Under the pieces are notes generated by a model, which did no database searches, had not been told where the DNA came from, and saw only the letters and a program-made list of their open reading frames with translations. Shown piece after piece: positions 17,722-25,585 of a DNA stretch of 37,492 nucleotides. Numbering within the stretch: position 1 is the stretch's first letter; each line of letters starts with the position of its first letter. Both the position numbers and the translations under genes were made by a program. The stretch is from Dehalococcoidia bacterium. GTDB taxonomy: Bacteria > Chloroflexota > Dehalococcoidia > Dehalococcoidales > DAOWJC01. The DNA is taken from the NCBI GenBank assembly GCA_030640595.1, contig DAOWJC010000081.1, positions 1 to 37,492 on the forward strand. Direction: 5' to 3'.

Positions 17722-18312
17722 TCACAACTTATGGTCTCTTTTGACCTGCTCCATGGTTCTTGGATTCTTCCTAATGTCTAGTATTATTTCAACGGCCCAG
17801 GCAGCGGCGATAGCAATCGTACACTTGTCAGGGGTAAAGCAGCCTCTTTCCCCCTCCTCCTTGATAAATTCAGCCTTTACTAGGGGATCCCATCTATCAA
17901 ACCACTTTCCGAATCTATTCCAAGTCACATCATGGCAGGTGAGACCCTTAAAATTATCCATAAATTTTTGGGCTATGGTCTCAGCAACATTATCATAGGC
18001 TAGCCACCTTGACCCGGCGTCCCTCAATTCCACTAGCTGCTCACGTCCGACACCGGTAGCAAGGCTTATTGCGAAGCCAGAACCCGTAAGTGCTCCACAA
18101 CTTCCCCAACCAGAATTCCCAGCTCCGCCAGTGAGTCCCACCAAGGCTTTAAACATTTCTTCTTCTATCCCTGGTGCTACCAGCTCTATGCCTTCTTCCT
18201 CTCTTAAATAATCAACTATAGTACAAAAAGATGTCTGAGCACAGCCCCACCATTTCTCCAGATTCTTCAGGGCAAGTTGCGCAACCTTTTTGGATCTCTC
18301 TTCTGCAATCAT
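17722..18312 (-). CDS. C_GCAxxG_C_C family protein
   Basis: WGCAQTSFC ... GWGSCGALTGSGFAISL ... CFTPDKC cysteine pattern. ATG at 18312 with GGAGGT upstream; the track TTG is at 18327. Confidence 0.8.
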   Translation of the reverse strand: MIAEERSKKVAQLALKNLEKWWGCAQTSFCTIVDYLREEEGIELVAPGIEEEMFKALVGLTGGAGNSGWGSCGALTGSGFAISLATGVGREQLVELRDAGSRWLAYDNVAETIAQKFMDNFKGLTCHDVTWNRFGKWFDRWDPLVKAEFIKEEGERGCFTPDKCTIAIAAAWAVEIILDIRKNPRTMEQVKRDHKL

Positions 18313-18391
18313 ATGACCTCCATTCAAATTTTGATATTACTTTCTTTGGAATTTTATTGCCTTTTGTGGTTACAATTAAAAAATCTAAACC

Positions 18392-18982
18392 CTACTTTTC
18401 GTACTTCTCTATCAGAGCCTTTGCAGCCCTTGCATCGAGCGGATTTTCCATAATTCTGAATATGGCCTCCACGGCCCATGCCGCACCCTCAGCAATTGTA
18501 CACTTCGCAGGCGTTCGACAGACCTTCTCCTGCGCAGCTCGGAATAGCGCCTTATTCATTTCAGGGATCCGTGAATTAAAGGCTCTTCCGACATGCCTTA
18601 TTTGTATGGGGCGGCAAGTAATAGCTCCGTATTTCTCCATAAACTTGTCAATGATGCCTGTCTTGACATTCCAGTAGGATATCCACCTTTTCTCTTTGAT
18701 TTGGTTTTCCAATCGGCCAATACCTGAGACTAGACTGACTGCTGCGCACGCACCTGTTACCGCCCCACAGCTACCTAAACCCATATTGCCAACTCCCCCG
18801 GTAAGCCCTACCAATCCCTTTAAGAATTCGTCTTCAACTTCTTCTGATATTATTTCTATCCCCTCTGATCTTAATGCATCGATCGTAGCAGCAAATGTAG
18901 AGTGGCCGCAGCCTACCAGCTCCGCCTCATACCACGCTCCAAGTTCTCTTGCCTTTTGAATACATCTCTCTTTCTTTGACAT
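18392..18982 (-). CDS. C_GCAxxG_C_C family protein, paralog of 17722..18312
   Basis: VGCGHSTFA ... GLGSCGAVTGACAAVSL ... CRTPAKC. Colinear with the neighbour. AAGGAGGGAG RBS. Confidence 0.8.
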   Translation of the reverse strand: MSKKERCIQKARELGAWYEAELVGCGHSTFAATIDALRSEGIEIISEEVEDEFLKGLVGLTGGVGNMGLGSCGAVTGACAAVSLVSGIGRLENQIKEKRWISYWNVKTGIIDKFMEKYGAITCRPIQIRHVGRAFNSRIPEMNKALFRAAQEKVCRTPAKCTIAEGAAWAVEAIFRIMENPLDARAAKALIEKYEK

Positions 18983-19140
18983 ATACTCCCTCCTTCAGAT
19001 TCAAATAATTATGACATTCTTACCACATATTTGCTCTCCCTCATTAGGGACGAGCCACTGAAAACGAGCAACAAGTCGCTATCGTCATCTTTGGAAAAGA
19101 ACGGTAGTTTTAGGCTTGTTAAAAACCCGCTGTTCGTAGG

Positions 19141-19193
19141 CAGACATCGTAATACGACACTTTAGCCTATCATACCACAACTTGTCAAGCCCT
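19141..19193 (-). promoter_or_regulatory. Promoter/operator core, copy C (upstream of the C_GCAxxG pair)
   Basis: Minus strand AGGGCTTGACAAGTTGTGGTATGATAGG..GTGTCGTATTACGATGTCTG. Same core as copies A and B, but without the rest of the cassette. Confidence 0.55.
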
Positions 19194-19272
19194 AGTCTAT
19201 TCCAATGCAAGAAGGCTTTACAATACCCTTTCCCCCGCCAGTTACTATAGCTACTTTATCTTTTACCCTCAT
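19192..19272 (-). pseudogene. SDR N-terminal remnant 2 (26 codons)
   Basis: Minus-strand translation MRVKDKVAIVTGGGKGIVKPSCIGID*. Only the Rossmann TGxxxGxG start is SDR-like. The frame runs into cassette copy C and stops. Confidence 0.45.
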
Positions 19273-19305
19273 TTTCAACATCTCCAAACCTCACCAGACC
19301 CTTAG

Positions 19306-19385
19306 CTAGGCTAGGCCAAAGCCAATCCCCTTACTCCCACCAGTAACCATATAGCAATCCGCCCTGACATATTCATTTCCTTCAT
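19306..19385 (-). pseudogene. SDR N-terminal remnant 1 (frameshifted, truncated)
   Basis: AGGAGG-N6-ATG directly after the MBL stop. MKEMNMSGRIAI, then a frame break, then VTGGSKGIGFGLA* in the adjacent frame. Confidence 0.45.
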
Positions 19386-19397
19386 TTCCCGCCTCCT

Positions 19398-20129
19398 TCA
19401 AGGTATACTGTCAACGCCGACAAAAGAAGGATCGTGTATAGGTATCAGGATATCTGCCAGTCCCTTGATTCGGAGCGTACTGTTAAAGGCCTCCACAGCA
19501 TCCAAATGTATGCCTGGGGCTATCACAGGCATAATCTCTCGAATGCCCTCTGGCGGTTCAAAGTTCTCCTTGATGGAACAGAACCCGGTGATGATTGCCT
19601 TTCCTTGTTCCGTGTTGATTGAAACGGCCTGGGTCCCTGGCGTGTGGCCGGGCGCTGGAATTAGTTCAATTCCAGGAGCGACCTCATACTCGCCTTTGAC
19701 AAGCATAAAGTCTAGGTTCTTGAAGAGATCCTTCTTATAGCCGGAGGCCATAATTGGGTGAGGCGAAAGGGCAAATGTTAATTCATCGTGTGTAGCTATC
19801 AATTTAGCGTTCCTGCACTTAGAAGTATTAGCACAATGGTCCCAGTGGAGATGCGTGTGAATGACTAAATCAATGTCCCCTGGTTTTAGCCCTATATTGC
19901 CCAACGCATCTTCGAAAGACGCTACATCTTGGGCGGGAAAACCTCTGAATTCTGTCGCTGTCCTTGCGTCGGCACCAGTATCCACTAAGATATGCTTATC
20001 TGCCCCCTCTATATACCAGCAATAGAAAGGTACGCGAATAGTCTTCCCGTAGTTGAACCGGTACGTAAAAGCTGACATATCGATTTCAATCCATGTCAAT
20101 AAAAGCGGCCTAATTCGATACTTTTTCAT
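19398..20129 (-). CDS. MBL-fold metallo-hydrolase (N-acyl homoserine lactonase-like family)
   Basis: HTHLHWDH (HxHxDH) and PGHTPG motifs, 243 aa. Confidence 0.85.
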   Translation of the reverse strand: MKKYRIRPLLLTWIEIDMSAFTYRFNYGKTIRVPFYCWYIEGADKHILVDTGADARTATEFRGFPAQDVASFEDALGNIGLKPGDIDLVIHTHLHWDHCANTSKCRNAKLIATHDELTFALSPHPIMASGYKKDLFKNLDFMLVKGEYEVAPGIELIPAPGHTPGTQAVSINTEQGKAIITGFCSIKENFEPPEGIREIMPVIAPGIHLDAVEAFNSTLRIKGLADILIPIHDPSFVGVDSIP

Positions 20130-20535
20130 AAATTGGTCTTCCTTTCGTTGCCTAACTTCAGATCATTCGACACTTCATGCAATAAGCCGTTGGCATGATG
20201 AGCTCCTTTACTTAAACTGAGCTAACTCATCCAAGCCTTAATAAAGCCGAAAGGGCTCACCCAGTTTCTCTATAGCGTAGGGCTTTGTCACCGCTAGTCC
20301 TTCTGCCTCCCGCCATACCACCCATAGGCAAACGAGAAAGAGCTTTATCGTCTTGCTTAACCATATTGTGCACGTGCCCTTCAGCCATCACACCGTCTGG
20401 GTCATACCTCTTCCCATCCTTATCCTTGGGTAGGCTGGTGGCTGGGACTATGCTCACCCCCTGATTCTCATACTTCTGGTAGTACCTATCCTTTTCCTTA
20501 AGATAGTAGAGGCAAATTCTAGCCCTCTAATTTCT

Positions 20536-21618
20536 CTAACCAACCAAACTAAATTTACCCCTTAGCCCCATATAATCATAACCATAACGGTAAGCTCTAA
20601 AGAGCATGTTGTTCCGCCCATAGACTGCTGAAGAGTGATAAAATGGGTTGATGAATTCCCAGACGATGTTACCTCGAGAGGTAATTTCGAAGATTCGGCC
20701 AGTATCTCCTTCACAGATGAGAGTATTACCGTTAGCTAGTCGCTGACAATTGCCCATGCACGGAGCGTAAAAGCTGGCCGGTGGGTCCTGTGAAAATTCC
20801 CAGAAAGCCTCATCGGTAGTCGTATTAACCTCCAGCAATCGGGAATAGCCCACTTCAATTCCCCTGCTATGTGTACCACTATCAAATATTAAGACGTTTC
20901 CGCTGTCAGTAATAGAGGCATTATGCTGATGGCCTACATCTTCCGAACCCCATCGCCACTTGATATTGCCAGTTACCTTATCGATAATGACTACAGTGTT
21001 GGTTCTGACAAAGCTAGCTAGGATATTGCCATCAGGAAGAGCAACAACGGAGTTAGCTTGGGTCCACTCACTGCGGGGACATAGGGGACAAATAATATCT
21101 ACCTCAGGATCAAGATGCTCATACCCGAGCCACTCCCAGAGTACCTTACCTCTGGGGTTGATTTCGCGGAAACAATCGCTCCACATAGTTCCCTCTCGTT
21201 CAGTGCCAACGAGACCACCTTTGACCTTAGTTGCGATACCGGTGGGAGTTGGGACCCACCTAGCTACTATAGTGTGTCCATTTCTCATACGGTGAAAGTC
21301 ATCATGCATATACAGGTCTTCATACTTCCACACCACCTTGCCATCCCAAGCTATCTCAAGTAGTTCTCCTCTAGCGCCGTCAAATTCTGCTAGTGGCCCC
21401 CATGTAACCTTTGCCACAAAAAGCAAGTTACCATTTGGCAAAAGCACTCCATGACCAGTCGTTAGGTAGGGCAATTTCCAGTTATGGATAAATCGCCCTT
21501 TCATATCAATTAACCAGACATCATCTCCTCCCGCTGGAGCATACAAAGTATAGCCATTGTAAGCTTTCGTCATGTCGTAAAAGGTTAGTGGTTTTTGGTC
21601 TCGTTGTGTGGCATTCAT
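20536..21618 (-). CDS. Arylsulfotransferase (ASST)-like beta-propeller protein
   Basis: Repeated blade motifs LLPNGNLL, MRNGHTIV, LPDGNILA, HQHNASITDSGNVLIFDSG, LANGNTLICE, as in ASST/Arylsulfotran_2-type proteins. No signal peptide. The start overlaps the upstream stop by 1 nt. Confidence 0.65.
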   Translation of the reverse strand: MNATQRDQKPLTFYDMTKAYNGYTLYAPAGGDDVWLIDMKGRFIHNWKLPYLTTGHGVLLPNGNLLFVAKVTWGPLAEFDGARGELLEIAWDGKVVWKYEDLYMHDDFHRMRNGHTIVARWVPTPTGIATKVKGGLVGTEREGTMWSDCFREINPRGKVLWEWLGYEHLDPEVDIICPLCPRSEWTQANSVVALPDGNILASFVRTNTVVIIDKVTGNIKWRWGSEDVGHQHNASITDSGNVLIFDSGTHSRGIEVGYSRLLEVNTTTDEAFWEFSQDPPASFYAPCMGNCQRLANGNTLICEGDTGRIFEITSRGNIVWEFINPFYHSSAVYGRNNMLFRAYRYGYDYMGLRGKFSLVG

Positions 21619-22682
21619 TAATGCTTCCTCTCTTTTTTCAGTCTGAAGGCAGCTGGACCATATAACTGGTTCACTAGACCAAATTTCTGTGGGTCCAGCT
21701 TCCCTTTTAATCCTTCGTACTCCGGCCCATAGCGATAGGCGCGAAACAGTGCATTATTACATCCTAAAGGTACAACCATGGGGTGATAGGAATAGAAGGG
21801 GTTGACAAACTCCCAGACTATCTCACCATCAGTTGTCACCTCGAAGACGCGTCCTTTCGTTGCCTCGCAGATTAGGGTGTTCCCATTAGGTAATCGCTGA
21901 CAACCAGACATCACGGCAGAGTAGAAGCTTTCTGGAGGGTCAGCCTTGTACTCCCACTCAATCTTGTTAGTATTTGGATTAACCTCTACTACTCGGGAGT
22001 AACTCATAATTGTACTTGGGCGGTGTGCGCCATTGTCAAATACCAAAATGTTTCCATTGTCCAGTAGAGTGGGGTCATGCGGATGGGCTATCTCACCCGG
22101 GCCCCATCGCCAGTTGATATCACCTGTAGCCTTGTCGATAATATAGATAGTGTGGGTGTTACGGAAACAGGTCAATATGTTGTCGCTAGGGAGAGCAACA
22201 CAAGAGTTAGCGTGGGTCCACTCATTGCGGCGATCCAGCGGGCATATCATGTCTATCTGAGGGTCAAGATGGTCAGCTGCTGACCACTTCCAGACCACTT
22301 CACCAGCAGGAGTAACTTCGTGGAAGCCATCGGTCCACATAATACCTGCATCCTCGGTTCCAGGGATGCCACCCTTTACCTGAGTAGCGATATCATAAGG
22401 TACAATGGTTGCTCTCAGAATCATTGTATTACCATTGCCCATGCGGCAAAAGGTGTGATTTTGATAGAGATCTATATACTTCCATATTAGGTTGCTGTCC
22501 CAATCCACTTCAAGTAGACCTGCTCCCAATCCCCATACTCTAGGAACACTTGTGGCTTCTACCTGATGTAGCTGTGTCGCAGTAGCGTAAAGCAAGTTGC
22601 CGTTAGGCAAAAGAACAGCATGGTCACGTGGCACAGTAGGCAATTTCCAGCGCTGAACAAATTGACCTTCCATGTCAATCAA
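21618..22682 (-). CDS. Arylsulfotransferase (ASST)-like beta-propeller protein, paralog; true 5' end unresolved
   Basis: Colinear with 20536..21618 (HPHDPTLLDNGNILVFDNGAH etc.). Homology to the paralog N-terminus continues in frame upstream to about 22760 (SVTVYNPSKAYHGYTLV), where no ATG/GTG/TTG exists. Confidence 0.65.
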   Translation of the reverse strand: MIDMEGQFVQRWKLPTVPRDHAVLLPNGNLLYATATQLHQVEATSVPRVWGLGAGLLEVDWDSNLIWKYIDLYQNHTFCRMGNGNTMILRATIVPYDIATQVKGGIPGTEDAGIMWTDGFHEVTPAGEVVWKWSAADHLDPQIDMICPLDRRNEWTHANSCVALPSDNILTCFRNTHTIYIIDKATGDINWRWGPGEIAHPHDPTLLDNGNILVFDNGAHRPSTIMSYSRVVEVNPNTNKIEWEYKADPPESFYSAVMSGCQRLPNGNTLICEATKGRVFEVTTDGEIVWEFVNPFYSYHPMVVPLGCNNALFRAYRYGPEYEGLKGKLDPQKFGLVNQLYGPAAFRLKKERKH

Positions 22683-22805
22683 CCATACATCACAGGTTGA
22701 AAAGGGGTCAACCAGTGTGTAGCCGTGGTATGCCTTTGAGGGATTATAAACAGTGACTGAATGCCGCCTTGGCCATGTAATATTCAGTAAAATCTCCTCT
22801 CTTAG

Positions 22806-24287
22806 TCAATAGCCCAGCAAATCAAGTCGGGACCTTACAGCCTTCTCGCCCTTTGAGGGATATTTTGCTTCTTCTTTTCCCTTTGCCATTTCCAGTATGG
22901 ATGGACTTTCCATATCCTCAGGTATTTCTAGACCTAGAACGTCTAGAATCGTTGGCGCACTGTTAAGCAATGATACTTTGAACTCTCCCTTTGCCGGTAC
23001 ACCTAGTCCAGCTATACAAAAATATCCGGACAAGCCGTGGCTACCATCATCTGACCCCTTTGCAGTATCGAAGGAATGAACCTTGCCGTGACCATAGCCC
23101 ACCATTTCACTAGCATTCCAATGGTACTCATCGAAACTCACGAATAGGTCTGGGCCATATTCTGTATAGGAACCGTAGTGAATATCATCTCGCTTGAAAA
23201 TTTGAGTATTGAGAGCTTTACCATCCTCATCGGGAATGCTCCAAATCTTATCAGCCAACTCATCGAGCAGTTCGTCATAATCATCGGGGTCAACAACCCC
23301 CTGAGCTTCCCTACCTTTGAGATTAAGGTATATCTGGCCAGTGTAACCTGTAGCCCAAACCTTTGTCCTAGACCAGTCCACCCCGAGGTCTTTCAGCTCT
23401 GTGGGTTGAGAGGGATAATCATAGAGGGTCATATATCCTTCTTGGATTAACCACTCATTAAGATTAATTCGCCCATCAAGTCTCTGCACGCTATAGTTGC
23501 TGAGGACAAAGAGTATCGTGTCGCTGCCTAGAATTTCTCGAATCTCTCCAATGTTCTTGTCAATCCAAATATAATAGTCAAGTACTGCATTCTTGTAGCG
23601 AGGATCAGGCTCATATCGTCTATGCCTTTGATCAAAGTAGCGGTAGAAAAGACGCGGTATGCGCTCACTACCCATTATGACTGTGAAGATATAATCGCAT
23701 TTCTTTTCATGAATAAAATGCTTCAGTAGTGTGAACCGCTGTGTGTCCATATCATAAATACGCTTTAATACCCTATCCTTGTCCATCAGGCGATAGTTTA
23801 CGCTTGCCTCAGTTGCCTCCAAAATGTATTCCCCGACTAAATTATAAACTTCATCCTTGAGGCTCTCAGGCCAGGTAAAGCCATGAGCTAAGCTTGGGGT
23901 CATGGAGTCTGTGATACAATATCCCCCGGGAATTTGGGGAGGTGGCCAGCTAACTGGTATATTGATTGTGGCTACCTTCTGCCCCATCTTGGGTAGTATC
24001 TTGTATAAGCAATCAACTCTTTCATCTCTAACTCGAGAATTAACTAGTTTTGGCTCACTATAAGAAAAATCATCTCTGTAGCTGTAGTTCCAGAAACCGT
24101 AGGCTCCTGGGTTTCGACCAGACTGAACACATGTCCAGGCTGGGGGTGCGATGGGGGGCACGGTGCTTTCTATTTCCCCCCACAGGCCTACTTGTTGCAT
24201 TTCTTTCAGATTGGGTAGTTTATCCAGCCACTGTTTGACAAGCTGGGGGCTGAGCCCCTCTAATCCAAGCACTACTATTTTTGGCAC
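22806..24287 (-). CDS. Alkaline-phosphatase superfamily protein (type I phosphodiesterase/NPP, COG3379-like), catalytic motifs apparently degenerate
   Basis: Overall layout of the family is present (IVVLGLEGLS, STVPPIAPPAWTCVQSGRNPGAYG, LFVLSNYSVQRL..NLNEWL, DDGSHGLSGYF). GTG start with GAGGTGAT RBS. Confidence 0.7.
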   Translation of the reverse strand: MPKIVVLGLEGLSPQLVKQWLDKLPNLKEMQQVGLWGEIESTVPPIAPPAWTCVQSGRNPGAYGFWNYSYRDDFSYSEPKLVNSRVRDERVDCLYKILPKMGQKVATINIPVSWPPPQIPGGYCITDSMTPSLAHGFTWPESLKDEVYNLVGEYILEATEASVNYRLMDKDRVLKRIYDMDTQRFTLLKHFIHEKKCDYIFTVIMGSERIPRLFYRYFDQRHRRYEPDPRYKNAVLDYYIWIDKNIGEIREILGSDTILFVLSNYSVQRLDGRINLNEWLIQEGYMTLYDYPSQPTELKDLGVDWSRTKVWATGYTGQIYLNLKGREAQGVVDPDDYDELLDELADKIWSIPDEDGKALNTQIFKRDDIHYGSYTEYGPDLFVSFDEYHWNASEMVGYGHGKVHSFDTAKGSDDGSHGLSGYFCIAGLGVPAKGEFKVSLLNSAPTILDVLGLEIPEDMESPSILEMAKGKEEAKYPSKGEKAVRSRLDLLGY

Positions 24288-24361
24288 ATATCACCTCACA
24301 ATCACGTTTCCTGAAGAGCTGACGTTTCCCCCGAGATTTTCTCCTAGTAGTATCCATGTTC

Positions 24362-24546
24362 ATAGGCAGACCATCGTTATACGACACTCTATTTATCATA
24401 CCACAACTTGTCAAGCCCTTTGCGAATCTACAGAAGTCAGGCGAGTTCTGGCAACACTGGCTAGAATATTCACAAATTTTCTGATAAAATTAGCGACTAG
24501 ATAGCTATTCAGACTTTTGACCTATGGGCTACCCCGTGGGGTGGGA
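24362..24546. promoter_or_regulatory. Divergent promoter/operator cassette, copy B (between AlkP-ASST operon and hbd)
   Basis: Colinear with 13273-13466. A 51-nt block TTGCGAATCTACAGAAGTCAGGCGAGTTCTGGCAACACTGGCTAGAATATT is identical in both copies. Confidence 0.6.
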
Positions 24547-24557
24547 AAGGAGACACA

Positions 24558-25412
24558 ATGAAGGTTAGGAAGGTTGGCGTAGTTGGATGTGGCCTAATGG
24601 GCTCTGGTATCACTCAAGTGTGCGCTCAGTCAGGCTACCGAGTAGTAGTCTCGGAGACAAATGATGAATTTCTAAACAAGGGGCTCGCGTCAATTAGATC
24701 CACACTGACTGAAGATGTAGCCCGAGGTAAGCTTTCTCCACAAGGTAAGGACTCAATCCTTGTTCGTATTAAAGGCACAACCAATACTAGGGACTTTTCC
24801 GACTGCGACCTGATAATAGAAGCCGCTAGCGAAAATATGGACTTCAAGAAGAAGATATTTGTCGAGCTGGATAGAATCTGTCGCGAAGATACTATCCTGG
24901 CGACAAATACCTCATCTCTATCTGTTATTGATATGGCTATGGTAACCACCAAGCCAGATAAGGTGCTAGGTCTGCACTTCTTTAACCCGGTACGGGTTAT
25001 GAGTCTAGTGGAAGTCGTCAGGACTATCGTTACCAGCGATGAGACCGTTGAAATTGGTAAGACCTTCAGCGAGTCTTTGGGAAAGAGCGTTGTCATTGTC
25101 AAAGATACCCCAGGCTTTATTGTAAATTCTCTCTTGATACCTTTCCTACTCAATGCGATTTGCATGCTCGAGGCTGATATCGCCAGCAAGGAGGATATTG
25201 ATACCGCCATAAACCTGGGCTTAAATCACCCTATGGGGCCGCTAATGCTGTCTGACCTTATGGGCCTTGATACCCTGCTCCTTGTTGCTGACGCTCAATA
25301 CGAACAATCTAAGGATCCGAAATATTGGGCACCTCCGTTGCTAAGAAAGATGGTCACCGCTGGGTGGCTCGGTCGCAAGACAGGAAAGGGGTTCTACGAA
25401 TACGCTCTTTGA
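24558..25412 (+). CDS. hbd: 3-hydroxybutyryl-CoA dehydrogenase
   Basis: KVGVVGCGLMGSGI NAD motif; HFFNPV; PGFIVNSLLIPF. 284 aa, AAGGAGA RBS. Confidence 0.9.
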   Translation: MKVRKVGVVGCGLMGSGITQVCAQSGYRVVVSETNDEFLNKGLASIRSTLTEDVARGKLSPQGKDSILVRIKGTTNTRDFSDCDLIIEAASENMDFKKKIFVELDRICREDTILATNTSSLSVIDMAMVTTKPDKVLGLHFFNPVRVMSLVEVVRTIVTSDETVEIGKTFSESLGKSVVIVKDTPGFIVNSLLIPFLLNAICMLEADIASKEDIDTAINLGLNHPMGPLMLSDLMGLDTLLLVADAQYEQSKDPKYWAPPLLRKMVTAGWLGRKTGKGFYEYAL

Positions 25413-25456
25413 TTCTTCAGGCACTTATAAAGTCCTTTGGGCGGCTAAACTTGTAA

Positions 25457-25585
25457 CTAGCTACCCCTCAATCCCTTCTGCCTACCCTTTGGTGGATGGG
25501 TGCCGAGATACTTCAAAACCCGTTGCCTCACCTTGCCGTCTTCCCGGTAGCTCTCCACCAAGGTAATAATATAGCCGGTTCCCAT
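25457..25585 (-). pseudogene. 42-codon ORF resembling the N-terminus of IS1634/IS4-type transposases (fragment)
   Basis: Minus-strand MGTGYIITLVESYREDGKVRQRVLKYLGTHPPKGRQKGLRGS*. The LVESYRExGKVRQ..L.YLG motif is recalled from IS1634-like transposase N-termini. No catalytic part follows. Confidence 0.3.

Noticed and set aside
22806-22808. TGA recoding (alternative genetic code or selenocysteine) that would fuse the AlkP-family and ASST-like ORFs
   Set aside because: TGA terminates several well-delimited genes here (sat, the MBL hydrolase, the transposase). A GAGGAG RBS follows this TGA, which fits a normal intercistronic junction. Kept only as a minor alternative in the finding on the missing start codon.
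24635-25210. 191-aa minus-strand ORF inside hbd
   Set aside because: Ser/Thr/Leu-rich antisense shadow of a confidently identified gene.
25498-25520. GTGCCGAGATACTTCAAAACC resembling the 5' end of the tRNA (possible att repeat)
   Set aside because: Only 8 contiguous matches. It lies in the wrong orientation for a direct att repeat and falls inside the 42-codon transposase-like ORF (coding for LGTHPP).
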